Shown in pieces: positions 47,291 to 57,098 of a stretch of 64,000 nucleotides of DNA. How positions within the stretch are numbered: the stretch's first letter is position 1; every line of letters starts with the position of its first letter. Below the pieces are notes generated by a model. The model worked only from the letters and a program-made list of their open reading frames with translations, was not told the origin of the DNA and did not search any database. The translations under genes and the position numbers were made by a program. Source of the stretch: an uncultured Gemmatimonadota bacterium (GTDB lineage: Bacteria > JAAXHH01). The stretch lies in contig OX638340.1 in assembly GCA_951812955.1 (NCBI GenBank), positions 3,392,001 to 3,456,000 of the forward strand, given 5' to 3'.

Positions 47291-48199
47291 ATGATTGCCG
47301 AAGCACCGAAAGCAAATACCGAAACACCCGAAATAAGACTGATCGCTTTCGATCAGGACGATACGGCCCTGCTGCCCGACGGCAAGCCCTCCTCCGAGGG
47401 TTTGGCCGCCATCGAAGCCGCTCTCGACCAGGGACTGATCGTGAGCTCCGTGAGCGGCCGCAACATAGATCGCAGCGGCGAGCCCTTCAGCGGCGCTCGT
47501 CAGCTGTTCGACCGGCTCTACCTGATCGCCAACAACGGCGGGATCATACTCGGGCCAGCCGAAGGGGGCCGAAGACCGCTGCTGTTCGAAAAGCGCATGT
47601 CTACCGGCGCTTTCCTGGACCTGCTCGACTTCATCGAAGAAAACGGTTTCAATTTCGTATACAGCTGGCTGCGCGTGACGGAGGCCGGTCCCCTGGACAG
47701 CGTAATAGCCGACCGGTATACTCCGTCCATCGCAGCCATAGAGGAGCAGAGCCGCGCCGCCGTCGACCGGGACGACGACCTGCTGGCGAAACTGAGACAG
47801 GGCGCATACCCGCCGCCGCCCAAGATGCTGATTCTTCCAGGCCTGGAACGGCGCGAGGCGGTGCTGTCGGAGTTGAAGGCCCGTTTCGACTCCCGTCTCT
47901 ACCTCGTCAAGACGAATCCGGACCGGATCGAAGCCATGCACGCCGACGTCAACAAGAAGGTCGCCGTGGAGTTCATCGCGCGCGAGCACGGAATATCCCT
48001 CAATAACGTGATGGCAGTCGGGGACGGCGACAACGACCTGCCCATGCTCTTCAACGCGGGCCTGGGGGTGATCATGGAAAACGCCCAGGACGCGGTCAAA
48101 GAAGCGGGCCGGGCGCAAGGTCTGGTCATTGCTCCGCCGAACCACGAGAACGGCTTTGCCTGGGCGGTACGTCGATACGCGTTAAACAACGGCCGTTAA
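47291..48199 (+). CDS. Cof-type HAD-IIB phosphatase
   Basis: IAFDQDDT...(DxD motif)...VMAVGDGDNDLPM. RBS AGGAAGG. The track ORF 47186 start is an upstream extension. Confidence 0.8.
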   Translation: MIAEAPKANTETPEIRLIAFDQDDTALLPDGKPSSEGLAAIEAALDQGLIVSSVSGRNIDRSGEPFSGARQLFDRLYLIANNGGIILGPAEGGRRPLLFEKRMSTGAFLDLLDFIEENGFNFVYSWLRVTEAGPLDSVIADRYTPSIAAIEEQSRAAVDRDDDLLAKLRQGAYPPPPKMLILPGLERREAVLSELKARFDSRLYLVKTNPDRIEAMHADVNKKVAVEFIAREHGISLNNVMAVGDGDNDLPMLFNAGLGVIMENAQDAVKEAGRAQGLVIAPPNHENGFAWAVRRYALNNGR

Positions 48200-48325
48200 G
48201 CGGCGACTGTTGAACCGCGACCGTCGAGCGGTAGCTGATGAGCGGGACGCGTCGATTCGTGTAATAACGACGGACGGTGGCCGGCATACCGGACCGTGCC
48301 CGCGGCTCTAACGGAACTCCTCCCC

Positions 48326-50284
48326 ATGACCACTTCCCTTCTTGATCATCTTAGATCTTCCCTGCTGGTGGCTGATGGCGCGAGCGGAACCATGCTGTAC
48401 GCCCGCGGCGTTCCGATAGAGGTCTGTTTCGACGAGATCAACCAGAGCCGACCCGACCTGATCCGGCGTATCCACGAGGAATACGTGGATGCGGGAGCCG
48501 GTCTGATCGAGGCCAACACCTTCGGGGCCAATGCCCTGTCTCTCTCCAAGTACAACCTCGAGGACCAGGCGGAATCACTGAACGCCCGCGGCGTCGAGAT
48601 CGCCCGGGCGGCGGCAGGATCCCGGGCCTACGTAGCGGGGGCCGTCGGGCCGGCCCGCGGCCTACCCCACCTGGAATACACCGAAGCGGACTACGACAGG
48701 GTCTACCGTGAACAGATCTCGGCCCTGGCCGGCGGCGGTGCGGACGCGATCATCCTGGAGACCTTCCTCCGGCTCAATGAACTGACCGGGGCGCTGGCGG
48801 TCTGCCGCGACGTCTGCGACCTCCCCGTGATCTGCCAACTCGCGGTGGACCAGTCGGGACAGACCGATGACGGGTACGGCGTCGCGAATGCCTTCGATCA
48901 ACTGCGCGCGGCCGGCGCCGACGTGGTGGGGGTGAACTGCCGCAGCGGCCCCAAGGGCCTGCTGGACGCGCTTGCGCCGGTTCCCCTTGAGGATGGGCTC
49001 ATCCTCTCGGCCTTCCCCAACGCAGGCTCCCCGGTATACGTGGACGGACGATTCATCTACGAGGCTACGCCCGAGTACTTCGCAACGAGCGCGCTCCGGC
49101 TGCGCGACCAGGGCGTGCGCCTGATCGGCGGGTGCTGCGGGACCATGCCCGATCACGTCCGGGCCATGGCCCAGGCGCTCGAAGGCAGGGAGATCGTCAC
49201 GCGGAAGAAGGTCGTCCCGGTGGCAGTCCGAGCTCCGGCCAGCAAGGCCAGCACGGCCAGCAAGGCTCCCCCGGCCCGCCCTGACCGCCCTGGCCGACCG
49301 ACTCGTCCTGGCCGTCCCGACCAACCTGGTCAGCCTGACCACACTGACTATCCGCCGCGCAAACCCCCGGCGGCCGAACCGTCGATCGTGGACCTGGTCC
49401 GCAAGCGGGTGACCGTCATCGTTGAGCTCGACCCGCCCCGTGACCTGGACCACGAACCCATCGTAAGGGGCGCCATGGCCCTGAAGGAGGCGGGCGCCGA
49501 CGCCTTGACCATGGCCGACAATTCCCTCGCCGTCACGCGGATCAGCAACATGGCCATGGGACAGATCGTCAAGGAGGAAGCGGGTATCCGGCCGCTGTTG
49601 CACATCACCTGCCGGGACAGGAACCTGGCCAGCCTGCAGTCCCAGGTGCTCGGCCTGCATGCCCTGGGTATCGACCACGTCCTCGCCGTCACGGGCGACC
49701 CCGTCAAATTCGGCGATCAGCCGGGAGCCAGCAACGTCTACGACGTTTCCTCATTCGAACTGATCAGACTAATAAAGCAAATGAACGAGGGAGTGGGTTT
49801 TTCGGGCCGGCCCTTAAACGGCAAAACCGGATTCACCGTCGCGGCGGCCTTCGACCCCAATGGTACCAACCTGGACAGAAGGATCCGGAGGCTGGAACGA
49901 AAAGTCGAGGCAGGCGCCGACCTGATCATGACGCAACCGCTGTTCGACCGACGCCAGGCCAGGGCGCTTTACGAAGCAACCCGCGATGCCGGCGTCCCCA
50001 TACTGCCGGGCGTCATGCCCCTGGTCAGCGAAGGAAACACGGAATTCCTCCACAACGAAGTACCGGGATTCGTGGTGACCGACGACGTTCGTGCGCGCAT
50101 GGCCCGCGCGGGCCGGGGTAGAAAGGCCCGACGGGAGGGCATCGCAATCGCCAGGGAGATCATCGAATCCGTCCTGACCTACTTCAACGGTCTATACCTG
50201 ATCACGCCCTTCAACCGTTATCCCATGACGGTGGAGCTGACGGAATTCGCCCTGCAGGGCGTTGAACGCTCCGAATCCCGATAG
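48326..50284 (+). CDS. Bifunctional homocysteine S-methyltransferase / 5,10-methylenetetrahydrofolate reductase
   Basis: N-terminal Hcy-binding domain (GGCCGT Zn-binding Cys triad region). A Pro-rich linker. C-terminal MTHFR domain (LHITCRDRN..., PGVMPL). Confidence 0.8.
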   Translation: MTTSLLDHLRSSLLVADGASGTMLYARGVPIEVCFDEINQSRPDLIRRIHEEYVDAGAGLIEANTFGANALSLSKYNLEDQAESLNARGVEIARAAAGSRAYVAGAVGPARGLPHLEYTEADYDRVYREQISALAGGGADAIILETFLRLNELTGALAVCRDVCDLPVICQLAVDQSGQTDDGYGVANAFDQLRAAGADVVGVNCRSGPKGLLDALAPVPLEDGLILSAFPNAGSPVYVDGRFIYEATPEYFATSALRLRDQGVRLIGGCCGTMPDHVRAMAQALEGREIVTRKKVVPVAVRAPASKASTASKAPPARPDRPGRPTRPGRPDQPGQPDHTDYPPRKPPAAEPSIVDLVRKRVTVIVELDPPRDLDHEPIVRGAMALKEAGADALTMADNSLAVTRISNMAMGQIVKEEAGIRPLLHITCRDRNLASLQSQVLGLHALGIDHVLAVTGDPVKFGDQPGASNVYDVSSFELIRLIKQMNEGVGFSGRPLNGKTGFTVAAAFDPNGTNLDRRIRRLERKVEAGADLIMTQPLFDRRQARALYEATRDAGVPILPGVMPLVSEGNTEFLHNEVPGFVVTDDVRARMARAGRGRKARREGIAIAREIIESVLTYFNGLYLITPFNRYPMTVELTEFALQGVERSESR

Positions 50285-50424
50285 TCAGCCAGCGCTGCCG
50301 GCAAGGCAACCAGCCCGGCCGGACACCGGCGAGTCCGGCAATCAGCGCGTCCGAAAATCGGTGTGTCCGAATACGTGAGCCTGCGCGGCCGGAATTCAGC
50401 GCGTCCCGGATCGCACCGGCGCGG

Positions 50425-52458
50425 TCAGGAAGCCGGCCGATTGCGGTAGTAAAGGTAGGATACGGCGGTGAGGATAGCGCTCAGGGCGAGGAAGCCGATG
50501 ATGCGATACAGCGTGTCCAGCATCATGAGGTCGAAGACGAAGGCTTTCACCACGGTGCATCCGAAGTAGACGATGGCCGCGGCGCGAAGTGCCCGGATAT
50601 CCAGCAAACGCCCGAGGAGCATGACGAGGGTCGCGCCAATCAGCCAAACGCCCGAAACGGCCAGCTGGCGCAAGTTTTCCAATTGATTCAGCGAACCATC
50701 CCCAAGTGTGATGATCCGGTACTGGAAATAGCTCAGGATTTCCACCGTACCCCAGACCAGGAGAAGAAACGACCAGGCCACGTGAAAGATCGAAAACAGC
50801 ACGCGGTCACGCCTCGTTTCGTCGCTCCTCGTTTCCTCGCTCCTCGTTTCGTCGCTCCCTGTTTCCTCGCTCCTCGTTTCATCGCGGCCCTGCAGCATGC
50901 CGGCGCAGACAAGCAGCAGTCCTCCCACCACCCAGTAAGCACCGGTGCGCAACGATAGAATCGGCACATAAGCAGAAACGAGGTTGGACACGATCGTCCC
51001 GCCGTGGAGGAATATCGCTACGAACGAAAGGGCAGCCAGTGCCGTCCCGGCGTGACGGACCGGTCGCGTGCCGTAGTGGACACCAAACCAGAACAACGCG
51101 AAGGCTTCGAGGGCCCAGGCAATGATCACGCCGTAACTGAAGAAAAAGCTTATCGGTGCGAGCACCGCAAGCAGCACGGCTACCGTCGCGTGCTCCGCGG
51201 CCGCGGGCCGGTCATCGGTTCGCCGGACAATCCACGCCGTGAGCCCGAAGTACACCAGCGATAGGACCGCGGTCGCGACACCCCCGGAATAGTCCGCAGC
51301 GTGCTGCTCGTACTGAAACTGGACGCCGAAAAAGTCCCACAGGCCTTCCGTGTGCCACGTAAGGCGCATGAGCATCACGTAGTAGCCCAGTACGTTGATC
51401 GCTATTGCCGCCCGCCGCCACCACCTGTTCCCCGGGTCGCCCGTGACCGAGCGCAAGAGGTTCGTCCCCGCAAACAGCATCCACCAAAGCGTCAAAAAGG
51501 CCAGGGCGGTTCCGAGACCTTCGGGCAGGTCCGCCCGGAACGACCAGGTCAGGTAGATTCCGTAAGTGGCCGCGACAGCCAGCAGTTCGAGCAGCCGCCA
51601 TCTGCGCCGCCTCACCAGGATGGCGATCAGGCCGGCGTCGAGCAGCGTAAGGTATACGAAGAGACCGAGGGTGTTCAGTTCGGCCGTGACGAGGAGGAGG
51701 GGGGTCAGGAATCCGCCGGCCCATCCCAGCAGGGCGATGGCCCGCGCGTCGTAGTACAGGGAAATCAGCAGGGCGGCGGCCGTTACCAGGGTCATGAGGA
51801 AAAAGGCGACGGGCTGCGGCACAAGATGGTAGAAGTCGAAAGCTGCGTAGATCGACAGGTATAGAATCGCCACGCCCGCGCCGGTCAGCCCATGGGAGAA
51901 AACGGACATTTGACGCCGATGGAATCGGTAGCCACCGGCGATCAGCAACATGCCGGCCGCTCCGCCCAGGATCACGCGCGCGGTTTCATTCAACCAGTCG
52001 TTGTCGAAAGCATATTTCAGGAAGAATCCCGCGGCGAGAATGAGCGCCAGGGCGCCCGCACGGTTCAACAGCTTGCCGCCGAAAAGAATCTCCCACTCTT
52101 CTCGGGTGCGTGGCCGCAGCATGTGGGCAACCCGGCCGGGCGTTCGATGCGGTACGGGTTCACTCGCCAGTGCCCCTCCCGCCAGTGCCCCTCCCGCCAG
52201 TGCCCCTCCCGCTAGTGCCCCTCCCGCCGCCGGAGATTCCTCCGTTGTTTCTTCTATCGTTTCTTTTGCCGTTTCCTTCGTGGTCTCTTCCGTTTCTTCT
52301 GTCGTCTCCTCAACTCCCCGTCCGGCTGGCGCCGTACCGGTTGTCCCGGTCTTCCGTCTTATGACCTCCTCGAGTTTCCGGACTCGTCCCGATAGAGACA
52401 GGTACGTCCCGACGAGGAAAAGGATTAGCAAGATGTTGAAAACGATCAGTAGTTCCAT
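50425..52458 (-). CDS. DUF2339-domain polytopic membrane protein
   Basis: 677 aa with many TM helices. An N-terminal coiled/low-complexity region carries in-frame 15-nt tandem repeats (GGALA in 4 copies, EETTE-like repeats). Confidence 0.65.
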   Translation of the reverse strand: MELLIVFNILLILFLVGTYLSLSGRVRKLEEVIRRKTGTTGTAPAGRGVEETTEETEETTKETAKETIEETTEESPAAGGALAGGALAGGALAGGALASEPVPHRTPGRVAHMLRPRTREEWEILFGGKLLNRAGALALILAAGFFLKYAFDNDWLNETARVILGGAAGMLLIAGGYRFHRRQMSVFSHGLTGAGVAILYLSIYAAFDFYHLVPQPVAFFLMTLVTAAALLISLYYDARAIALLGWAGGFLTPLLLVTAELNTLGLFVYLTLLDAGLIAILVRRRRWRLLELLAVAATYGIYLTWSFRADLPEGLGTALAFLTLWWMLFAGTNLLRSVTGDPGNRWWRRAAIAINVLGYYVMLMRLTWHTEGLWDFFGVQFQYEQHAADYSGGVATAVLSLVYFGLTAWIVRRTDDRPAAAEHATVAVLLAVLAPISFFFSYGVIIAWALEAFALFWFGVHYGTRPVRHAGTALAALSFVAIFLHGGTIVSNLVSAYVPILSLRTGAYWVVGGLLLVCAGMLQGRDETRSEETGSDETRSEETRSDETRRDRVLFSIFHVAWSFLLLVWGTVEILSYFQYRIITLGDGSLNQLENLRQLAVSGVWLIGATLVMLLGRLLDIRALRAAAIVYFGCTVVKAFVFDLMMLDTLYRIIGFLALSAILTAVSYLYYRNRPAS

Positions 52459-52684
52459 GATCGTGCATACTAAGCCCCCCGAAGGCGCCGTGTCAAGTTA
52501 CTCCTCCGGTCTCGAGATCCTGGCGGCGGTGTGATCACATCTCTGGAGAATCCGGGATCGTTGACATGGTTCATACAGCCGTCTATATTCCGTTCGCTTG
52601 CCGATACACACCTTAGTGAACAAGCGAAAGTGAATAAGCGGATCCTTCGCGGAATCGAATTCAATAAGTTTCAGAGAGGAGCCT

Positions 52685-53776
52685 TTGATGTCCACGGTCT
52701 ATCGCGTCGGCATAATCGGGTGCGGCAGCATCTCGCACCTCCACATGAAGGGATACCTGGGCGAAGAGCGGTTCGAGGTCGTCGCACTATCGGACCCGGT
52801 TGCCGAGGCCAGGAAGGATTTCGGTGACCGCTACGGAATCGAAAAACGCTATGCCGATGTCCGTGAGATGATGGACACCGAGGGCCTGGACGTCGTCAGC
52901 ATCTGCACCTGGCACAAGCTGCACGCCCCCCTGACCATCGCCGCCTGCGCGCGTCGGCCGAAGGCCATCCTGTGCGAGAAGCCCATGGCCGTCAACATGG
53001 GGGAGTGCGACGAGATGATGATCGCGGCGCGGCGGAACGACGTGAAGCTCGCCATCGCCCACCAGCGCCGTTTCAATCCGGTCTGGACCGACGCCCGGAA
53101 CCTGGTGGCGGAAGGGGCGATCGGCGACGTGCGCCACGTCCACTGCAGTGGCAGCCAGGGCCTGCTGAACGACTGCTCCCACATGTTCGATTTCATGCGC
53201 TACGTCCTGGGCGATCCCGCGCCGGAGTGGGTGATGGGGAACATCGAACGCAAGACCGACCGGTACGAGCGGGATATCCGCATCGAGGACCGCAGCGCGG
53301 GAATCGTGGGCTTTGACAACGGCGCCGTGGGACAACTCCTGCAGGAGCTTCATCCGGAACGCCGCCAGGGCGGTTACCTCTACGGAACTGACGGCATGAT
53401 GGACGTGAACGAGCAGCGCGTTCTGCTTATCAATTCGAAGACCGGCGGCTGGGAGGAACGGCCGTCCACCGGCGAGGATCCGAGTGTGGGCCAGGCCGTG
53501 GAACTGGCTGACTGGATCGAAGGCAAGTCGGAACACCGGGGAGAGGCCTCGAACGGCCGGGCTGCCGTGGAGATCATCATGGGGATCTACGAGTCGGCGC
53601 GGCTTCACGAGGTCGTCCAGATGCCCGTGCGCACCCACAGTTCGCCCATCGAGGAAATGCTCGAGGCTGGCGACCTGCCCGTGGAACGCCCCGGCCGGTA
53701 CGACATTCGCGCCTTCCTCCTGCGCGGGGAGTCCATGCAGGGTGAGGAGCCGGACGAAGAAGATGAGGAAGAATGA
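52685..53776 (+). CDS. Gfo/Idh/MocA-family oxidoreductase
   Basis: RVGIIGCGSISHLHMKGY Rossmann N-terminus and an acidic C-terminal tail. Confidence 0.8.
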   Translation: MMSTVYRVGIIGCGSISHLHMKGYLGEERFEVVALSDPVAEARKDFGDRYGIEKRYADVREMMDTEGLDVVSICTWHKLHAPLTIAACARRPKAILCEKPMAVNMGECDEMMIAARRNDVKLAIAHQRRFNPVWTDARNLVAEGAIGDVRHVHCSGSQGLLNDCSHMFDFMRYVLGDPAPEWVMGNIERKTDRYERDIRIEDRSAGIVGFDNGAVGQLLQELHPERRQGGYLYGTDGMMDVNEQRVLLINSKTGGWEERPSTGEDPSVGQAVELADWIEGKSEHRGEASNGRAAVEIIMGIYESARLHEVVQMPVRTHSSPIEEMLEAGDLPVERPGRYDIRAFLLRGESMQGEEPDEEDEEE

Positions 53777-53789
53777 CCGGTCACGGTCC

Positions 53790-53868
53790 CGTGACCACGC
53801 TCAGACCGACGAGACCCGCGACCACGCTCAGACCGACGAGGCCCGTGACCACGCTCAGCAGGGCGAAG
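53790..53868. repeat. Tandem repeat, 27-nt unit in 3 copies, intergenic
   Basis: CGTGACCACGCTCAGACCGACGAGACC-like units at 53790, 53817 and 53844. Confidence 0.75.
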
Positions 53869-53930
53869 TTCGATCCGAGGCGGATATCGGCGGAGCAGGC
53901 GACGGTGCACAGATCGGCGAAGCACGCAAA

Positions 53931-54929
53931 ATGGCGGAGATCGGCCGAACGGGGTTGATGGTCAGCCGCCTGGGTCTGGGCGGCGCACCGCTGGCCGGTC
54001 TGTACCAGGGGGTTTCCGACGAGCAGGCCTCCCGGGTTGTGAACACCTACCTCGATCACGGCCCCGGATTTATCGACACGGCCCCGCTCTACGGCAGCGG
54101 CGTGAGCGAGACAAGGTTGGGCGCCGTACTATCGGAGCGAGTCCGCAATGCGCGCGTATTCTGCGACGGTCGCGGTTCCTTTGTGCTCGCCACCAAGGTG
54201 GGCCGCCTCCTCGTGCCCGACCCGGCGCGGGACCAGGACGTGTGGTCTGAGGATCTCCCGCCCGTCGGCCCCGTCTTCGACTACAGCTACGACGGCACGC
54301 TACGGTCTCTCGATGAGAGTCTCGCTCGCCTTGGCCTGGATAAGGTGGATATCCTCCATATCCACGACCCGGACAACCACTACGATGAGGCGATGAGGGG
54401 CAGCTACCGGGCGCTCGTAAGAATGCGCGACGAGGGAGTCATCCGGGCGGTCGGCGTTGGCATGAACCAGGCGAAAATGCTGGCCCGTTTTTCCCAGGAA
54501 GGTGACTTCGACTGTTTTCTTTGTGCGGGCAGATACACCCTGGTGGACCACACGGCGCTCAAGCGGCTGCTGCCCCTGTGCGAAGAACGCAAGATCAGCC
54601 TCATTATCGGCGGGCCCTACAACAGCGGCATCCTGGCGCAGGGCGCTGTGGAAGGGGCGAAGTTCGATTACCGGAAAGCACCGCCCGGGATCGTGGAGCG
54701 GGTTCGTCGCGTCGAAACGGTGTGCGGCCGCCACGGCACGCCCCTGAAGGCGGCGGCGCTGCAGTTCCCCCTGGCCCATCCAGCGGTGGCAGCGGTCATT
54801 CCGGGTGCGCGTTCGCCTGAGGAAGTGGATGAGAACGTGGCGATGGCGGAGTTTGAGATTCCGGCGGATTTCTGGGCGGAACTTCGACAGGAAGGGTTGA
54901 TCCCTGACGAGGCGCCCACGCCCGGATAG
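53931..54929 (+). CDS. Aldo/keto reductase family oxidoreductase
   Basis: MAEIGRTGLMVSRLGLGGAPL... N-terminus. The track ORF 53484 start is a long Arg-rich spurious extension. Confidence 0.8.
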   Translation: MAEIGRTGLMVSRLGLGGAPLAGLYQGVSDEQASRVVNTYLDHGPGFIDTAPLYGSGVSETRLGAVLSERVRNARVFCDGRGSFVLATKVGRLLVPDPARDQDVWSEDLPPVGPVFDYSYDGTLRSLDESLARLGLDKVDILHIHDPDNHYDEAMRGSYRALVRMRDEGVIRAVGVGMNQAKMLARFSQEGDFDCFLCAGRYTLVDHTALKRLLPLCEERKISLIIGGPYNSGILAQGAVEGAKFDYRKAPPGIVERVRRVETVCGRHGTPLKAAALQFPLAHPAVAAVIPGARSPEEVDENVAMAEFEIPADFWAELRQEGLIPDEAPTPG

Positions 54930-55128
54930 TGAAGTAGGTCGCATGTATATCTAAAAACGCGGAAAAATATATTGTCAATATTGATGAAAATAACAATCAA
55001 CCTATAAATCCGGTTTTGATATATATGAGGGACGCCCCTCGCCACGGTCCGCTGCCGGTAGTGTGCGCCTCGCGCCCGGCTGGCTCCGTGCCCCTCAGTC
55101 CGCGAAACGCACTTGAAAGGAGATCCCA

Positions 55129-55485
55129 ATGACCGCATCTGAGAACGCATCTGAAGCCACTCCCCAACGCTATGGCATGGTCCTCAAGGTCAAGCCTGAC
55201 CGGATCGAGGAATACAAGGCATACCACGCCGAGGTCTGGCCCGGCGTTGCGAAGAGGATCACGGAAAGCAACATCACCAACTACTCCATCTATCTGAAGG
55301 ACGATTACCTCTTCTCCTATTTCGAGTACGTCGGGGACGATTTCGAGGCGGACATGGCTAAAATGGCCGCCGACCCGGTCACGCAGGAGTGGTGGGACGT
55401 GATGATGCCGATGCAGGACCCCCTGCCAACGCGGAAGGAAGGCGAATGGTGGGCGAATATGGAGGAAGTCTTTCACCAGGATTGA
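55129..55485 (+). CDS. rhaM: L-rhamnose mutarotase (RhaM/DUF718 family)
   Basis: MVLKVKPDRIEEYKAYHAEVWPGV...YSIYL...EWWDVMMPMQ. RBS AAAGGAGA. Confidence 0.75.
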   Translation: MTASENASEATPQRYGMVLKVKPDRIEEYKAYHAEVWPGVAKRITESNITNYSIYLKDDYLFSYFEYVGDDFEADMAKMAADPVTQEWWDVMMPMQDPLPTRKEGEWWANMEEVFHQD

Positions 55486-55778
55486 GTACAAACACTTCCC
55501 AGACGGACTTTCATATGTTCGTTCGTCTTAGACCGTTGCCAATGAACCGATTGTCGATTATGTTTTCGGGTACTACCCATCCGGTATTGTTTGAGAAATA
55601 ACAGTCCGGTATTGTGCGAGTACTACTCATCCGGCATCGTGCGAGTAATTCTTTTCAGGTATTGAATGAACGCACCAATGATAAGGTTTGAGAAAAGTTA
55701 ATGATGAGATTAAAGAAGAGTTTTAAAAGAAAACTCAGGATATCATAGGAAAACATAGGAGAACATAGGAGAACGTCC

Positions 55779-56672
55779 ATGGCCCTGACTGAAGCGCAAC
55801 TGGCTGAATTCCACGACCGCGGATTGGTGGTCGTGGAAGACGTGCTGGCCGACGCCGATCTCGATCCCGTGATCGACGCGATGACGGAGTATGTCGACCT
55901 GCAGGCACGGAAACTGCAGGCCGAGGGCAAGATCGCCGACCTGCATGAAGACGAACCCTTCCTGACACGATACGCCCGGTTGTTCGCCCAAAGCACGGAG
56001 ATCGGCCACGGGATGGATATCTACGACCTGCGGGCGAAGGCGGTCTTCGATTTCCTGCGGAACGACAACCTGCTCGACGCCGTGGAATCCCTGGTGGGAT
56101 CCGAAATCACCTGCTCGCCGATCCAGCACCTGCGGGCCAAGCCGCCGTCCCGCCTTGACGCCAGCCCGTCCTATAACGTGCCCTGGCACCAGGATTCCGG
56201 GGTGAGCTGGGCGGAGTCCGACAAGACCCTGGCGCTGACCTGCTGGCTGCCCCTCGTGGACGCCACGGTGGAGCGGGGCTGCCTGGAGGTGATCCCGGAC
56301 GTGATCAAGGTCGGCCATCTCGACCACGTGTCGGACGCCGGAACGCGTATAAAACCGGACCTCATGCCCGAGACCGAAGCGCTACCGGCTGAAGTGCGCA
56401 AGGGCGGGGTCGTTTTCCTGAGCCAGTATACACCGCACCGTTCGACGCCCAACCTGACGCAGTGGGATGTGCGCTGGAGCCTTGACCTGCGGTACGTGGC
56501 CTACGGTGAGCCGACTGGGCGGCCCTTCTTTCCCGATTTCTGCGTGCGGAGCCGCACCCATCCTGAACGGGTCCTGACCGATCACCAGGTCTGGGCCGAC
56601 AGCTGGGTCGCGGCCCTTGAGGAACAAATACGCAATCCCAAGCAGGCCCACCGTGTCGCCCAGGAACCCTGA
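55779..56672 (+). CDS. PhyH-family Fe(II)/2-oxoglutarate dioxygenase, paralog 4
   Basis: EFHDRGLVVVEDVL... and the PWHQD iron motif. Confidence 0.8.
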   Translation: MALTEAQLAEFHDRGLVVVEDVLADADLDPVIDAMTEYVDLQARKLQAEGKIADLHEDEPFLTRYARLFAQSTEIGHGMDIYDLRAKAVFDFLRNDNLLDAVESLVGSEITCSPIQHLRAKPPSRLDASPSYNVPWHQDSGVSWAESDKTLALTCWLPLVDATVERGCLEVIPDVIKVGHLDHVSDAGTRIKPDLMPETEALPAEVRKGGVVFLSQYTPHRSTPNLTQWDVRWSLDLRYVAYGEPTGRPFFPDFCVRSRTHPERVLTDHQVWADSWVAALEEQIRNPKQAHRVAQEP

Positions 56673-56940
56673 GGACACCTGATCCAAGAGGCACACCATG
56701 CTTTGAGGCCTGACCTCAGGCGCCAGGTTCGGCGCCCTTCTCGGCAGTCTGATCATTCCCGGTCTGGGACAGTTGTACCAGGGTCGCAGGCCGGCCGCGG
56801 TCATACACTTCATCCTCGCGGTCGTGATCTGGTTGATCGGCTACGGCTGGATCGTTCATCTGTATTCCGCGGTCGACGCGGCATTTCAGGCACCGCGCGG
56901 CGAAGGCTGCAAAACGTAAACCTTACAGTCCTGGTTACGG

Positions 56941-57056
56941 TGAACGCATCGGCGCCCGCCGGCAGGGGTGCGCGTCTCTGATCGCATCGGCGCCCGCTGG
57001 CAGGTGCGCGTCTATGAACGCATCGGTGCTCGCCGGCAGGGGTGCACGTCTGCGAA
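56941..57056. repeat. Tandem repeat, ~37-nt unit in 3 copies, intergenic upstream of the NHL-repeat gene
   Basis: GAACGCATCGGCGCCCGCCGGCAGGGGTGCGCGTCT-like units at 56941, 56979 and 57015. Confidence 0.75.
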
Positions 57057-57098
57057 CCATAAACCAGACAAACCACATTCAACAGGAAGAGGTCATGC

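Noticed and set aside
53773-53958. 61-aa ORF (TTLRPTRP repeats)
   Set aside because: It is an artefact of translating the 27-nt tandem repeat between the Gfo and AKR genes.
53484-54929. 481-aa track ORF for the aldo/keto reductase
   Set aside because: The first about 150 aa is an Arg/Ser-rich extension overlapping the upstream Gfo gene. The AKR homology begins at Met 53931.
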